Part shown: in pieces, positions 29,274 through 37,400 of the stretch | Layout of the letters: each line of letters begins with the position of its first letter | How positions within the stretch are numbered: the stretch's first letter is position 1 | Virus record (IMG/VR): IMGVR_UViG_3300037424_002485 | Coordinates: 24,022-88,021 of that record | Length of the DNA: 64,000 nt | Source of the DNA: a virus | Taxonomy: Duplodnaviria > Caudoviricetes | Direction: 5' to 3' (one strand) | Made by a program: the position numbers and the translations under genes | Notes under the pieces: model-generated | Told to the model about the DNA's origin: nothing | Seen by the model: only the letters and a program-made list of their open reading frames with translations | The model's database searches: none

Positions 29274-30030
29274 AAACGCAGTACTCAATTTCTGGAACGA
29301 ATGCGCGTCGCTCAAGGAACGCGCGGGTACAAACGACCTTATCGCCAAGCAGTTGGAAATCGAAGCCATTGCCAAATATGTCGGCGACGGCCAGCGCATA
29401 CTCGAAGTCGGCTGCGGTAACGGTATCACGGCAGCAGAATTAGCCGCTCGCTTCGCTGTAGACATAATCGCCGTCGATTATGCTGGCGAGATGATTGCTG
29501 AAGCCCAAGAGCTTCACGCCACCCGCCCGCTCAAGGGCCAACTCGCCTTCGGGGAATGCGGCATAGAAAATCTGGCTGCGGTCAACGGGGAGTTCGACCT
29601 CGTATATACCGAACGCGTACTCATCAACCTGCCCGATTGGAACAGCCAGCGGCAGGCGATAGAAGCCGTCGGCGATAAGCTGAGGCCTGGCGGCAAGTAT
29701 ATTATGTGCGAGAACAGCCAGGACGGACTCGACGGAATAAATGCTGTGCGCGCAGCCAATGATTTACCGGTCATAGTCGCGCCCTGGCATAACCGATACA
29801 TGATCGACGCTGAACTCCAGCAGGACGTAAGAGGTCTTATGTTGATCGATATCGATTACTACAGCTCAACTTATTATTTCCTCAGCCGCATCGTCAATGC
29901 AGCTGTTGCCCGGCAAGAGGGACGCGAACCCGCCTACGACTCGGCCATAAATAAGCTCGCGCTGAGCACGCCGGCTCTCGGCAGTTTCGGACAGGGGAGG
30001 ATTTGGGTATGGGAAAAACAATCCACATAG
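29260..30030 (+). CDS. class I SAM-dependent methyltransferase
   Basis: ILEVGCGNG, AVDYA, FDLVYTERVLINL, LRPGG. Confidence 0.85.
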   Translation: MAADKNAVLNFWNECASLKERAGTNDLIAKQLEIEAIAKYVGDGQRILEVGCGNGITAAELAARFAVDIIAVDYAGEMIAEAQELHATRPLKGQLAFGECGIENLAAVNGEFDLVYTERVLINLPDWNSQRQAIEAVGDKLRPGGKYIMCENSQDGLDGINAVRAANDLPVIVAPWHNRYMIDAELQQDVRGLMLIDIDYYSSTYYFLSRIVNAAVARQEGREPAYDSAINKLALSTPALGSFGQGRIWVWEKQST

Positions 30031-31061
30031 GCAGCCGTGAAATAGGTGCAGGTCAGCCGCCGTTTGTCGTCGCCGAAATGTCGGGCAATCATAATCAGTC
30101 GTTGGGTACAGCGATCGATATAATACGTGCTGCCGCACAATGCGGAGCGCATGCCGTAAAACTGCAAACGTACACTGCCGACGTACTGACGATAAATGAA
30201 TGGCATAACGAATTCTTTATCGACAATAAAAAAAGCCCGTGGAAAGGACAGTCGCTACACACCCTTTATCAACGTGCGTGTACGCCGTATGAATGGCACG
30301 AAGTCCTATTCAAAGAAGCCAGTGCTTGCGAACTGCCTGTATTCAGCACTCCGTTTGACGAAACCGCCGTCGATTTTTTGGAGGCGCTCGGCGCGCCCGC
30401 GTATAAAATTGCCTCGTTTGAAAACAATCACCTGGCGTTAATCCGGCGGGCAGCGGCTACCGGGAAGCCTCTGATTATATCCACGGGTATGGCGACGCTC
30501 GCCGAACTTGATGATGCCGTTACAGCGGCCCGGCAGGCCGGGTGCCGAGACCTCATCCTGTTGAAATGCGTGAGCGCGTATCCGGCTGCGGCTGCCGACA
30601 TGAATCTCGCAACCATACCGCACTTGCGCCAGTTATTCGATTGCGAAGTCGGCTTGTCCGATCACACAAGAGGCTCAGAAATCGCCGTGGCCGCTGTAGC
30701 ACTCGGCGCGTGCATGATTGAAAAACACATAACGTTGAGCCGGGCTCTCGGCGGCGTCGACGCCAGCTTCTCGGTGGAGCCCAACGAACTCGACGAGCTG
30801 GTTACACGAACCCTGCGCGCGTGGCAGGCGGTCGGCAGCGTACATTACGGTATCACCGAGGCCGAAAAGTCATCGGCTGTCTACCGGCGTTCGGTTTACG
30901 CCGTCGTCGACATACGCGCGGGCGAAGTGCTGACTACGGCGAATATCCGCGTCATCCGACCTGGCCTCGGACTGGCACCGAAATATTATGACGTGCTCGT
31001 TGGCAAGACGGCGGCTGTCGATATCAGCCGCGGTACGCCCATAAATTGGGATATGATATAA
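30009..31061 (+). CDS. pseI: pseudaminic acid synthase (NeuB family) with SAF domain
   Basis: AEMSGNHNQSL (PseI-type), KLQTYT, STPFD, KIASFE, ISTGMA, GLSDHT, EKHITL, RPGLGLAP. Confidence 0.9.
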   Translation: MGKTIHIGSREIGAGQPPFVVAEMSGNHNQSLGTAIDIIRAAAQCGAHAVKLQTYTADVLTINEWHNEFFIDNKKSPWKGQSLHTLYQRACTPYEWHEVLFKEASACELPVFSTPFDETAVDFLEALGAPAYKIASFENNHLALIRRAAATGKPLIISTGMATLAELDDAVTAARQAGCRDLILLKCVSAYPAAAADMNLATIPHLRQLFDCEVGLSDHTRGSEIAVAAVALGACMIEKHITLSRALGGVDASFSVEPNELDELVTRTLRAWQAVGSVHYGITEAEKSSAVYRRSVYAVVDIRAGEVLTTANIRVIRPGLGLAPKYYDVLVGKTAAVDISRGTPINWDMI

Positions 31062-31076
31062 ATTTGGATTGAAAGG

Positions 31077-33677
31077 ATGAGAATGACAACTGAACTCTAC
31101 GAAAAGAACATGGCGGTCATCGCAGAAACTTACCCGGACTTTCACCGGTGGATACTCGACCAAAAGGATCAGGACTGGATAATCGCTGACGGCAATCAGC
31201 TGCACGTATCCGTCGGCGCGGTGTCACGTCCCGTATACGACGTCGTCGATCCCCTCAAGGAACTGAGTACAATAGACACGCTGCCCCTGCACAAAGAAAA
31301 CGTCAGCGTGTTCATCGGCCTCGGCCTCGGCCATACGGTAGTGCGCGCCTGTGAGAAAATGGAAAAGGGCCATCACGTCGTCATCATAGAACCCGTTGGC
31401 CAAATGTACCGGCTTGCGTTTGAACGCTATGACTTCTGCGAGCACATCAAATCGCACGCCCTTTTATTCGCGCCGGGGAAAGCCGAAGTCGATATGGTCA
31501 CCAATTATCTGGAAGCCGCTAAGGTTGTCACCGACTGGCTAGTGTTTATGGACAGCACGTGCGCGCGTCGCCGAGAATACACGGTTCTCGGCGAACACGC
31601 TATGGACATTCTCAATCAAATACAGTGTAACACGGGAACGGTCATGTCGGCAGGCGGTAAGATAGCCGACAATGACGTCGCCACGCTCCCCTATGTCATC
31701 CGACACCGCGGTGTCGCCGAACTGACAAACCTATTTGCCGGCAAGCCTGCCGTCTGCGTATGTACGGGGCCGAGTCTCGCCCGTAATATTCACCTGCTCC
31801 GCGCCGTGCAGGATAAGGTTGTTATCATAGCCGTCGGTCAAGCCCTGCGCCCGCTCCTCGCCTACGACATCCGTCCGGATTTTATCTGTACCGTTGATTT
31901 CGGCGACGTCAATATGACGCATTACGCCGGCCTCTGCGATGAAACTGTACCCCTCGTCACCATCAACAAAACCTACGCGCCACTGCTCACCGCGTATCGC
32001 GGGCCGAAATTTATATCGGCGGGCGCGTACAGCGTGGAGACAACGCACAGTCTGCTCAAGGATATGGGCGAACTTCCGCAAGGCGGTAGCGTCGCGCACA
32101 TGGCGTTCGGGTTGGCCGCAAATCTCGGCTGCTCGCCGGTGATGATAATCGGGCAGGATCTCGCGCTGGGCACGACCAGCCATTTCAATCAAGCCGACAG
32201 CATGGGCAAAATCGAAGTTGTAGACGGATCCATAAAATGGCGCATCGACGACCCGCGCAGCGACAAACTACACGGCCGCGATGACATCGGCATGGGTCCC
32301 GCTCAGTACGTACCCGGTTGGTGGGGAGAGCCTGTGCTCACTAACACCGGATTGATGTCGTTTATCACGGCGATGCAACGGCTGATAGAACAGTGCCCGG
32401 CAGCCGTCATAAACTGCACGGAAGGCGGTGCTCACCTTGTTGGCAGCCGGCGTATGTTTTTCGCCGACGCCCTCGCCAAGTACTGCGAACAGGCCGTCGA
32501 TAAATCTGTGCTAACGCCGCTGCTAACACTGCACCCCGACGCCAGCGCGCGAATAGCTGCTGCTCTACCGCTTCTCGTCAAGGACATAAAGACGCTGGAC
32601 ATAATTATCGAGCACGCCGGCAAAGCATTGGCTACCGTATTCCGCGCGCGCAATACAAAGACTCCGGAAAAACTCAAGAAGATACTCGAAGAAAATCTCC
32701 GCCATTCAGAAGTGGCTGCGGAAGCCGCTCGCCGCCTGCCGCCGATAAACTTGGCGATATACGGAGCCCGACGGCAGATACAAAGCCGGGAACTGAACGT
32801 GGACGGTAAAATGGAGCACGTGGTCGACAAGAAAAATAGAAAGGATTTATTGACGCGACTCAGTCGCAACGAACTCGTGCTCAAAGCCGCCAGGGATGCC
32901 GCTGTCGAAATGAAGAAGACGTATACGGAATGCCAGCGCTTACTGACGGCTGGCGCCGACAACCCTGCCGTGCTCGACCCGACGGGCGAGACGACGCCTG
33001 CTGATTTAAGCGACGCCTGCTATTATCTCGACATCGGCAATTTTGCGCGACCGCTGCTCGAAGCCAAGCGGGTATTAGCGGATGCGCTGTACGGTGACTT
33101 GAGCAGAGAAAAGGCCGCTAACGTCGTCGAACGCGCGATATGCGTTCGCGCCAATAAAATAGTTGCTGCCGAAGCCGCGCAAACCGCCGATCGTGATGCC
33201 GGTAAAAACTTATGGCCGCAATACTTCGACTTCATCGAAGACAGCCGACGCATGGGCCGTGACGACGATGACATGGACGCTGCCCTGGCGAAGATACGCG
33301 AAGCCATCGAATTAATACCCAGCCGTGAGGAAGCCCGGTGGGGTCTCGCCTCGGTGTTAATGCACCTCTGCCGATACGATGAGGCCGTTGCGGCCTACGC
33401 TGACCTCGTTAAGCTGTTTCCGGACAAGCCGCGCTATACATTTGAGTACGGTCAGACGCTGGTACTCGCTGGCAGGCAGCAGGACGGCTTGGAGAAAATA
33501 CGGGCGGCGATGACGGCGAGCGAGGAGTTCGATCACTTCTTCGGTGCGCTGGCCTCGCTGTATGCGGGCGCGGGGATGCGTGATGAGGCGCTGGCCGTTG
33601 CCGACAAACACCTGGAGCGATTCCCGCACGACCGCGAAGTGCTGGCGTTGAAGGCACGACTCAGTGCAAGCGAATAA
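31077..33677 (+). CDS. Maf (DUF115) family protein glycosyltransferase with C-terminal TPRs
   Basis: GPSLARN, IRPDF..VD, GGSVAHMAFGLAANLGCSPVMIIGQDLA, INCTEGGA; helical bundle followed by TPR-like repeats. Confidence 0.85.
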   Translation: MRMTTELYEKNMAVIAETYPDFHRWILDQKDQDWIIADGNQLHVSVGAVSRPVYDVVDPLKELSTIDTLPLHKENVSVFIGLGLGHTVVRACEKMEKGHHVVIIEPVGQMYRLAFERYDFCEHIKSHALLFAPGKAEVDMVTNYLEAAKVVTDWLVFMDSTCARRREYTVLGEHAMDILNQIQCNTGTVMSAGGKIADNDVATLPYVIRHRGVAELTNLFAGKPAVCVCTGPSLARNIHLLRAVQDKVVIIAVGQALRPLLAYDIRPDFICTVDFGDVNMTHYAGLCDETVPLVTINKTYAPLLTAYRGPKFISAGAYSVETTHSLLKDMGELPQGGSVAHMAFGLAANLGCSPVMIIGQDLALGTTSHFNQADSMGKIEVVDGSIKWRIDDPRSDKLHGRDDIGMGPAQYVPGWWGEPVLTNTGLMSFITAMQRLIEQCPAAVINCTEGGAHLVGSRRMFFADALAKYCEQAVDKSVLTPLLTLHPDASARIAAALPLLVKDIKTLDIIIEHAGKALATVFRARNTKTPEKLKKILEENLRHSEVAAEAARRLPPINLAIYGARRQIQSRELNVDGKMEHVVDKKNRKDLLTRLSRNELVLKAARDAAVEMKKTYTECQRLLTAGADNPAVLDPTGETTPADLSDACYYLDIGNFARPLLEAKRVLADALYGDLSREKAANVVERAICVRANKIVAAEAAQTADRDAGKNLWPQYFDFIEDSRRMGRDDDDMDAALAKIREAIELIPSREEARWGLASVLMHLCRYDEAVAAYADLVKLFPDKPRYTFEYGQTLVLAGRQQDGLEKIRAAMTASEEFDHFFGALASLYAGAGMRDEALAVADKHLERFPHDREVLALKARLSASE

Positions 33678-33907
33678 TGGGGCTTATAAAAGGACAGCGA
33701 CAGCATCGAAAATTCGAGCAAGGCCTCGCGCTTACCCGGCGCGAGGCTATACTTGCCATGTGTTATCAATGCTCCGGGGCAGATCAAGCGGATTGCGGAA
33801 ACGCCAGTTGTCCGCTGCATCAGTGGCACCCCAAAAACCCGATGGCAAACGCGCGAAAACCTCGCGGCTGCGGTCGTAGATTTGCAGCAAACCCTCGACC
33901 CGCATAA
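33677..33907 (+). CDS. small Cys-rich protein
   Basis: AILAMCYQC..DC..CPL. Confidence 0.55.
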   Translation: MGLIKGQRQHRKFEQGLALTRREAILAMCYQCSGADQADCGNASCPLHQWHPKNPMANARKPRGCGRRFAANPRPA

Positions 33908-33908
33908 A

Positions 33909-33958
33909 GCCGCACCTACCCCGTTTAAACTCAAAAACTACTAAAAGTAGGTCGCGGC
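33909..33958 (+). terminator. imperfect inverted repeat ending the long + strand operon
   Basis: gccgcacctac ... gtaggt(c)gcggc. Confidence 0.4.
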
Positions 33959-33998
33959 TAATTTAATTAGTTCTGTAGAAAATAGTTGAAAATACTTC

Positions 33999-34028
33999 TT
34001 GACATTATTATAGAATACTATATATAAT
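33999..34028 (+). promoter_or_regulatory. consensus sigma70 promoter
   Basis: TTGACA (33999) - 18 nt - TATAAT (34023), AT-rich upstream; palindrome atactat-N5-atagtat (34015-34033) covers the -10. Confidence 0.7.
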
Positions 34029-34063
34029 AGTATCAGATAGTAAATACGAGAACGGAGGCCAAA

Positions 34064-34309
34064 ATGAACGCGATAGAATTTGTACAGGCATACCCGAACA
34101 TACTGTCGGCAATATCCATGGTTTGCGATCCTCGGTTCGCCGCGGTCGTCGAAGAACTGGAAGCCGTCGATCCCCATGACCTGATAACGCCAGCCGCTTA
34201 TTTTACCGGCACCGATCATGCGTATGGATTCGTGTTCTGCCTATTCTTCAACCGAGCCATTGCATGGGAAGCCGTGCAAGCCGCCGCGTTTAAAGAGGAG
34301 CTGAAATGA
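34064..34309 (+). CDS. small putative early protein
   Basis: RBS ggagg; first ORF after the promoter. Confidence 0.55.
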   Translation: MNAIEFVQAYPNILSAISMVCDPRFAAVVEELEAVDPHDLITPAAYFTGTDHAYGFVFCLFFNRAIAWEAVQAAAFKEELK

Positions 34310-34548
34310 GTTACTGTCAAGGGAAGAAAGATGATGAAATTTTCGTAGGCAACACAAGACTCGATAAAGGCATACCTGATTATTTATCCTGTCTTAAAAC
34401 GGTAAGGCTTGGCGATCAAGCGTTAGACATTTACGGCAGAGAACTTGATCCGAGCTATATGCTCCCGGTATTTATTGGTCGCAGTGAATCCGATAAATAC
34501 GAACAGATAATGGCACATCAAACCGCTCTAATTAGGCGGTCGAAATGA
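34306..34548 (+). CDS. small putative early protein
   Basis: EIFVGNT..LKTVRLGDQALD..PVFI. Confidence 0.55.
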   Translation: MSYCQGKKDDEIFVGNTRLDKGIPDYLSCLKTVRLGDQALDIYGRELDPSYMLPVFIGRSESDKYEQIMAHQTALIRRSK

Positions 34549-34775
34549 CGTCGAAATACGCCAGCGATCAGTTCCCGGCGGTGTGTGAATGCGGCCGCAT
34601 TCACACAGCCGCCGACTGGCAGCAGCTGGTCTACGTCGGCATTATGTCGGGTATGTGCGCGGGCCGGCGCTTTTACTGGGACTGCGAGATGCGGAATTGC
34701 GCGTGCGAGTCCACAATAGCGGTTAAATTAAAGGGTACGCAGCCAATAAATGGTGACGGGATTCAGCGCAGCTGA
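34545..34775 (+). CDS. small Cys-rich protein
   Basis: CECGR..WQQL..EMRNCACESTI. Confidence 0.55.
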   Translation: MTSKYASDQFPAVCECGRIHTAADWQQLVYVGIMSGMCAGRRFYWDCEMRNCACESTIAVKLKGTQPINGDGIQRS

Positions 34776-34802
34776 TCACCAGACCGGCAGGGGAGAAATA
34801 AA

Positions 34803-35306
34803 ATGCAAGCGACGGAGAAAAATCAAGATGTATTTTACACCGGGTGCCGTAACGGATTTATCGTGCTCGCACTCATATTTACGCTGCTCATGGTAATTTT
34901 TTGGCTGCCTGGATGCGCCTGGGCGGGAGGGAAAATTGACTGGACGCGTGGCTGGGATAAAACCGATACCGCCCTTCAGACTATGACCACAGCGGCCATC
35001 GGCTGGGACTGGATGCAAACCTATCAAGCACAAGCCCGTCATCAGCGCAATGATAAAGGCCAACTGTATCAAGAAGTAGGCTCCGCAAAGATATTCATCG
35101 GAGAGCATCCTTCCGGCGGACGTATAAACGGTTATTTCACAGCGTGCGTATTAGGACACGCCGCCGTCGCCTATCTACTGCCTAAAAAAATAGATATATT
35201 CGATTTTCGTATCCCCGCCCGTAATCTTTGGCAGGCTTTTTGGATAGGCGCTGAGGTAAATCAAGGCGTCCGAAATTATCAAGCCGGAGTGCGGTTGAAA
35301 TTTTAA
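34803..35306 (+). CDS. exported or envelope protein
   Basis: Hydrophobic leader ending AWA; DWMQT, GEHPS, C-terminal GVRLKF. Confidence 0.55.
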   Translation: MQATEKNQDVFYTGCRNGFIVLALIFTLLMVIFWLPGCAWAGGKIDWTRGWDKTDTALQTMTTAAIGWDWMQTYQAQARHQRNDKGQLYQEVGSAKIFIGEHPSGGRINGYFTACVLGHAAVAYLLPKKIDIFDFRIPARNLWQAFWIGAEVNQGVRNYQAGVRLKF

Positions 35307-35320
35307 TTGCGAATAAACAC

Positions 35321-35363
35321 ACGCGCCCACGAATAATAACGAGCTGCCTGTTCGTGGGCGCGT
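35321..35363. terminator. 13-bp inverted repeat at the convergence of the two arms (bidirectional terminator candidate)
   Basis: acgcgcccacgaa-N17-ttcgtgggcgcgt. Confidence 0.6.
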
Positions 35364-35404
35364 ATTCAGAGCATACCGATAGTGCTGCGCTTTAAAATAT
35401 AAGA

Positions 35405-35989
35405 CTATTCTTCACCTAAAATAAAAGAACGCATGCCGTTAAGATAACTATTGCCGCTACCGCCCGTTTGATTTATTGTACTATTCCATATCAGAGTACC
35501 CGATGTGCTTATTTTACATATTCCAAAAGCAGTACCGTCTGCTTGAGTCGCGGTGATAAAAATAAGAGGATTTACTAAATTACCCATAGCACTGAGTGTG
35601 AAAAATAACCCTGCTGTTCCTGAATTGAATACAGATTGATACGGATATGTAGGAGCTACCCCGTTAAACAATTCGGCGATAGCTGATAAACACACGTACG
35701 TACCGGCATATACATATCCCATATCCATGGTAATATTTGTCAAACCACTCGAAACAGAGTTCTCCGTCGTTATTAAAAGACCGCCCGCATTCGTTTTTCC
35801 TAATGCCTGTAATAACTGCGTATTATCATTTACCGATGGCGTAATCCCTGCATTCTCCATCACCTTTATAATTTCTTCCTGCACACCAGTTAGCCACGTC
35901 GCAGGTACAGTAGTGGCAGGAGGACCGTCCGTGAATATCCGCCGTCCATATCCATCATAAATCCAATTTGCGCCCGCTATTCTATCCAC
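35405..35989 (-). CDS. short tail-fibre-like protein
   Basis: Mu-like fibre N-terminus (MDRI..FTDG..PAT..ATWLTGVQEEI..QLLQAL); only 194 aa. Confidence 0.65.
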   Translation of the reverse strand: MDRIAGANWIYDGYGRRIFTDGPPATTVPATWLTGVQEEIIKVMENAGITPSVNDNTQLLQALGKTNAGGLLITTENSVSSGLTNITMDMGYVYAGTYVCLSAIAELFNGVAPTYPYQSVFNSGTAGLFFTLSAMGNLVNPLIFITATQADGTAFGICKISTSGTLIWNSTINQTGGSGNSYLNGMRSFILGEE

Positions 35990-36022
35990 TTTGAAGCCCT
36001 CCTGCCAAAATAGTTTAAGATT

Positions 36023-36601
36023 CTATGCACCTGCCACAGCCCAGCTCGGATCAAAACGCCATTTACCCGATGTCACATCCGACCACGCGCTCAGTTCCAC
36101 CATGCCAACAATGCGATTGCTACCCGTGTTGAATGTTACCGACACACTCCCTGGGTATCCGCTGACGAGCACCATGTATCTGCCAACGAATCCGCTAACG
36201 CGTGCCGACAACGCGCTGTCATAAATGAGGCCGCGTCGGAGCATATGCGCCTGGCTGTATGCCGCTGCGTAACTATCTGCGGCTACAGCGAGTAACTGAT
36301 TCGCCGTGCTACCCAGTGCTGACGCCGGCGCCCAGCCCGACGGTGTCAGATAGCAGACGCGGCCAAAGCTGCAATCGCTGAGCATGAGCTGACTGTATTC
36401 AACCCAACCCTTCACTGTCTTGTCGGACATCGTGGACTGCGGGCCGCTGCGCGGCTCCGTCCAGAAGTCGCCGACGTAGGCGAAGTCTGCGTCCATAACC
36501 GTGACCATGAAATCACGAAAATCTTGCGCGCTTATCTGTCCCGTTGTATTGTCTGCCATCAAAGCCAGAAGTGCTGCTCGTGTTCTCGGTGTATCTGCCA
36601 T
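36023..36601 (-). CDS. putative virion fibre or accessory protein (Ser-rich)
   Basis: RT..LLALMADNTTGQISAQDFRD N-terminus; inside the tail operon. Confidence 0.5.
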   Translation of the reverse strand: MADTPRTRAALLALMADNTTGQISAQDFRDFMVTVMDADFAYVGDFWTEPRSGPQSTMSDKTVKGWVEYSQLMLSDCSFGRVCYLTPSGWAPASALGSTANQLLAVAADSYAAAYSQAHMLRRGLIYDSALSARVSGFVGRYMVLVSGYPGSVSVTFNTGSNRIVGMVELSAWSDVTSGKWRFDPSWAVAGA

Positions 36602-36617
36602 TTCGTCCTCCTCTGTA

Positions 36618-37400
36618 TTAACTGCTCAAATTAAATGCCACATATATTTTGTTGAACGACAGGCTGAATGCCGCGCCGTCGAACGCACCGCCGTAACATA
36701 CTTTAAATGCTTCGCCGAACTCCGGGCTGAACGCGCCGTCGAGCCCACCTGCGGGCACGAAATCGAAAGCTGATGAGAATGCCGTTCCGAACGCCGCCAT
36801 CGATTGATTGAGGCCGGGCATAGCGGCGAACGCTGTGCTGAAAGCATAGGAATACTCGGGTCCGTATATCTGATAGAGTACATGCGTATGCGCAGGTTTT
36901 ATCTGCTCCAACAAAGCGATTAAATCTGCGTACGTAACAAACGCCGGCGCTTCGGCTACTGTATACGCGATATTCACCGTCCAATAAAATAGATTATTTT
37001 GGTCGCCGCACGGTTGGCCAGCCTGCCAGATCCCCGCCCACGCCGGTCGGTATTCGTCTATGGTTATCGTATAGCCGAGCGTCGCGGCGAGACCGATGTA
37101 ATAGGACTTCATCAGCGAACCGGTAGCGCGTAACTTCGTTGTCAGCGCGGCTTGCCGCTCAGCGGTTGTCAGTATACCTGCGGTGAGGCCATAGTCGAGT
37201 TCGTGCTCGCCGAGCAATTCGACGGCAGTGCGCGTATCGCGTTCGTCGACGAGATCGTCAACCCTGGCATCAACCCTGGCCAATTCGACCGCCATGCCAG
37301 CGAGTAGCTGCGACAGTACGGGATCGCTGTGATTCCAAGCGCGGCCACGTGGTAGCAAGCTCTTCAACTGTTGCAGGTATGCGTCGGCGTCGTATGCCAT
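36618..37400 (-). CDS. baseplate wedge protein, Mu gp48/YmfQ-like
   Basis: LKSLLPRGRAW, ELARVD, GYTITIDE, KPAHT. Confidence 0.85.
   Translation of the reverse strand: MAYDADAYLQQLKSLLPRGRAWNHSDPVLSQLLAGMAVELARVDARVDDLVDERDTRTAVELLGEHELDYGLTAGILTTAERQAALTTKLRATGSLMKSYYIGLAATLGYTITIDEYRPAWAGIWQAGQPCGDQNNLFYWTVNIAYTVAEAPAFVTYADLIALLEQIKPAHTHVLYQIYGPEYSYAFSTAFAAMPGLNQSMAAFGTAFSSAFDFVPAGGLDGAFSPEFGEAFKVCYGGAFDGAAFSLSFNKIYVAFNLSS

Noticed and set aside
31077-33677. Annotation as 6-hydroxymethylpterin diphosphokinase (MptE)
   Set aside because: MptE shares the DUF115 domain, but the length, helical/TPR extensions and position after pseI fit Maf; no folate genes are nearby.
21029-33677. Host LPS or flagellar glycosylation island or prophage boundary
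   Set aside because: The genes are coupled to phage-type ORFs, flanked by phage genes on both sides, and no flagellar, wzx/wzy or att/integrase features are seen.
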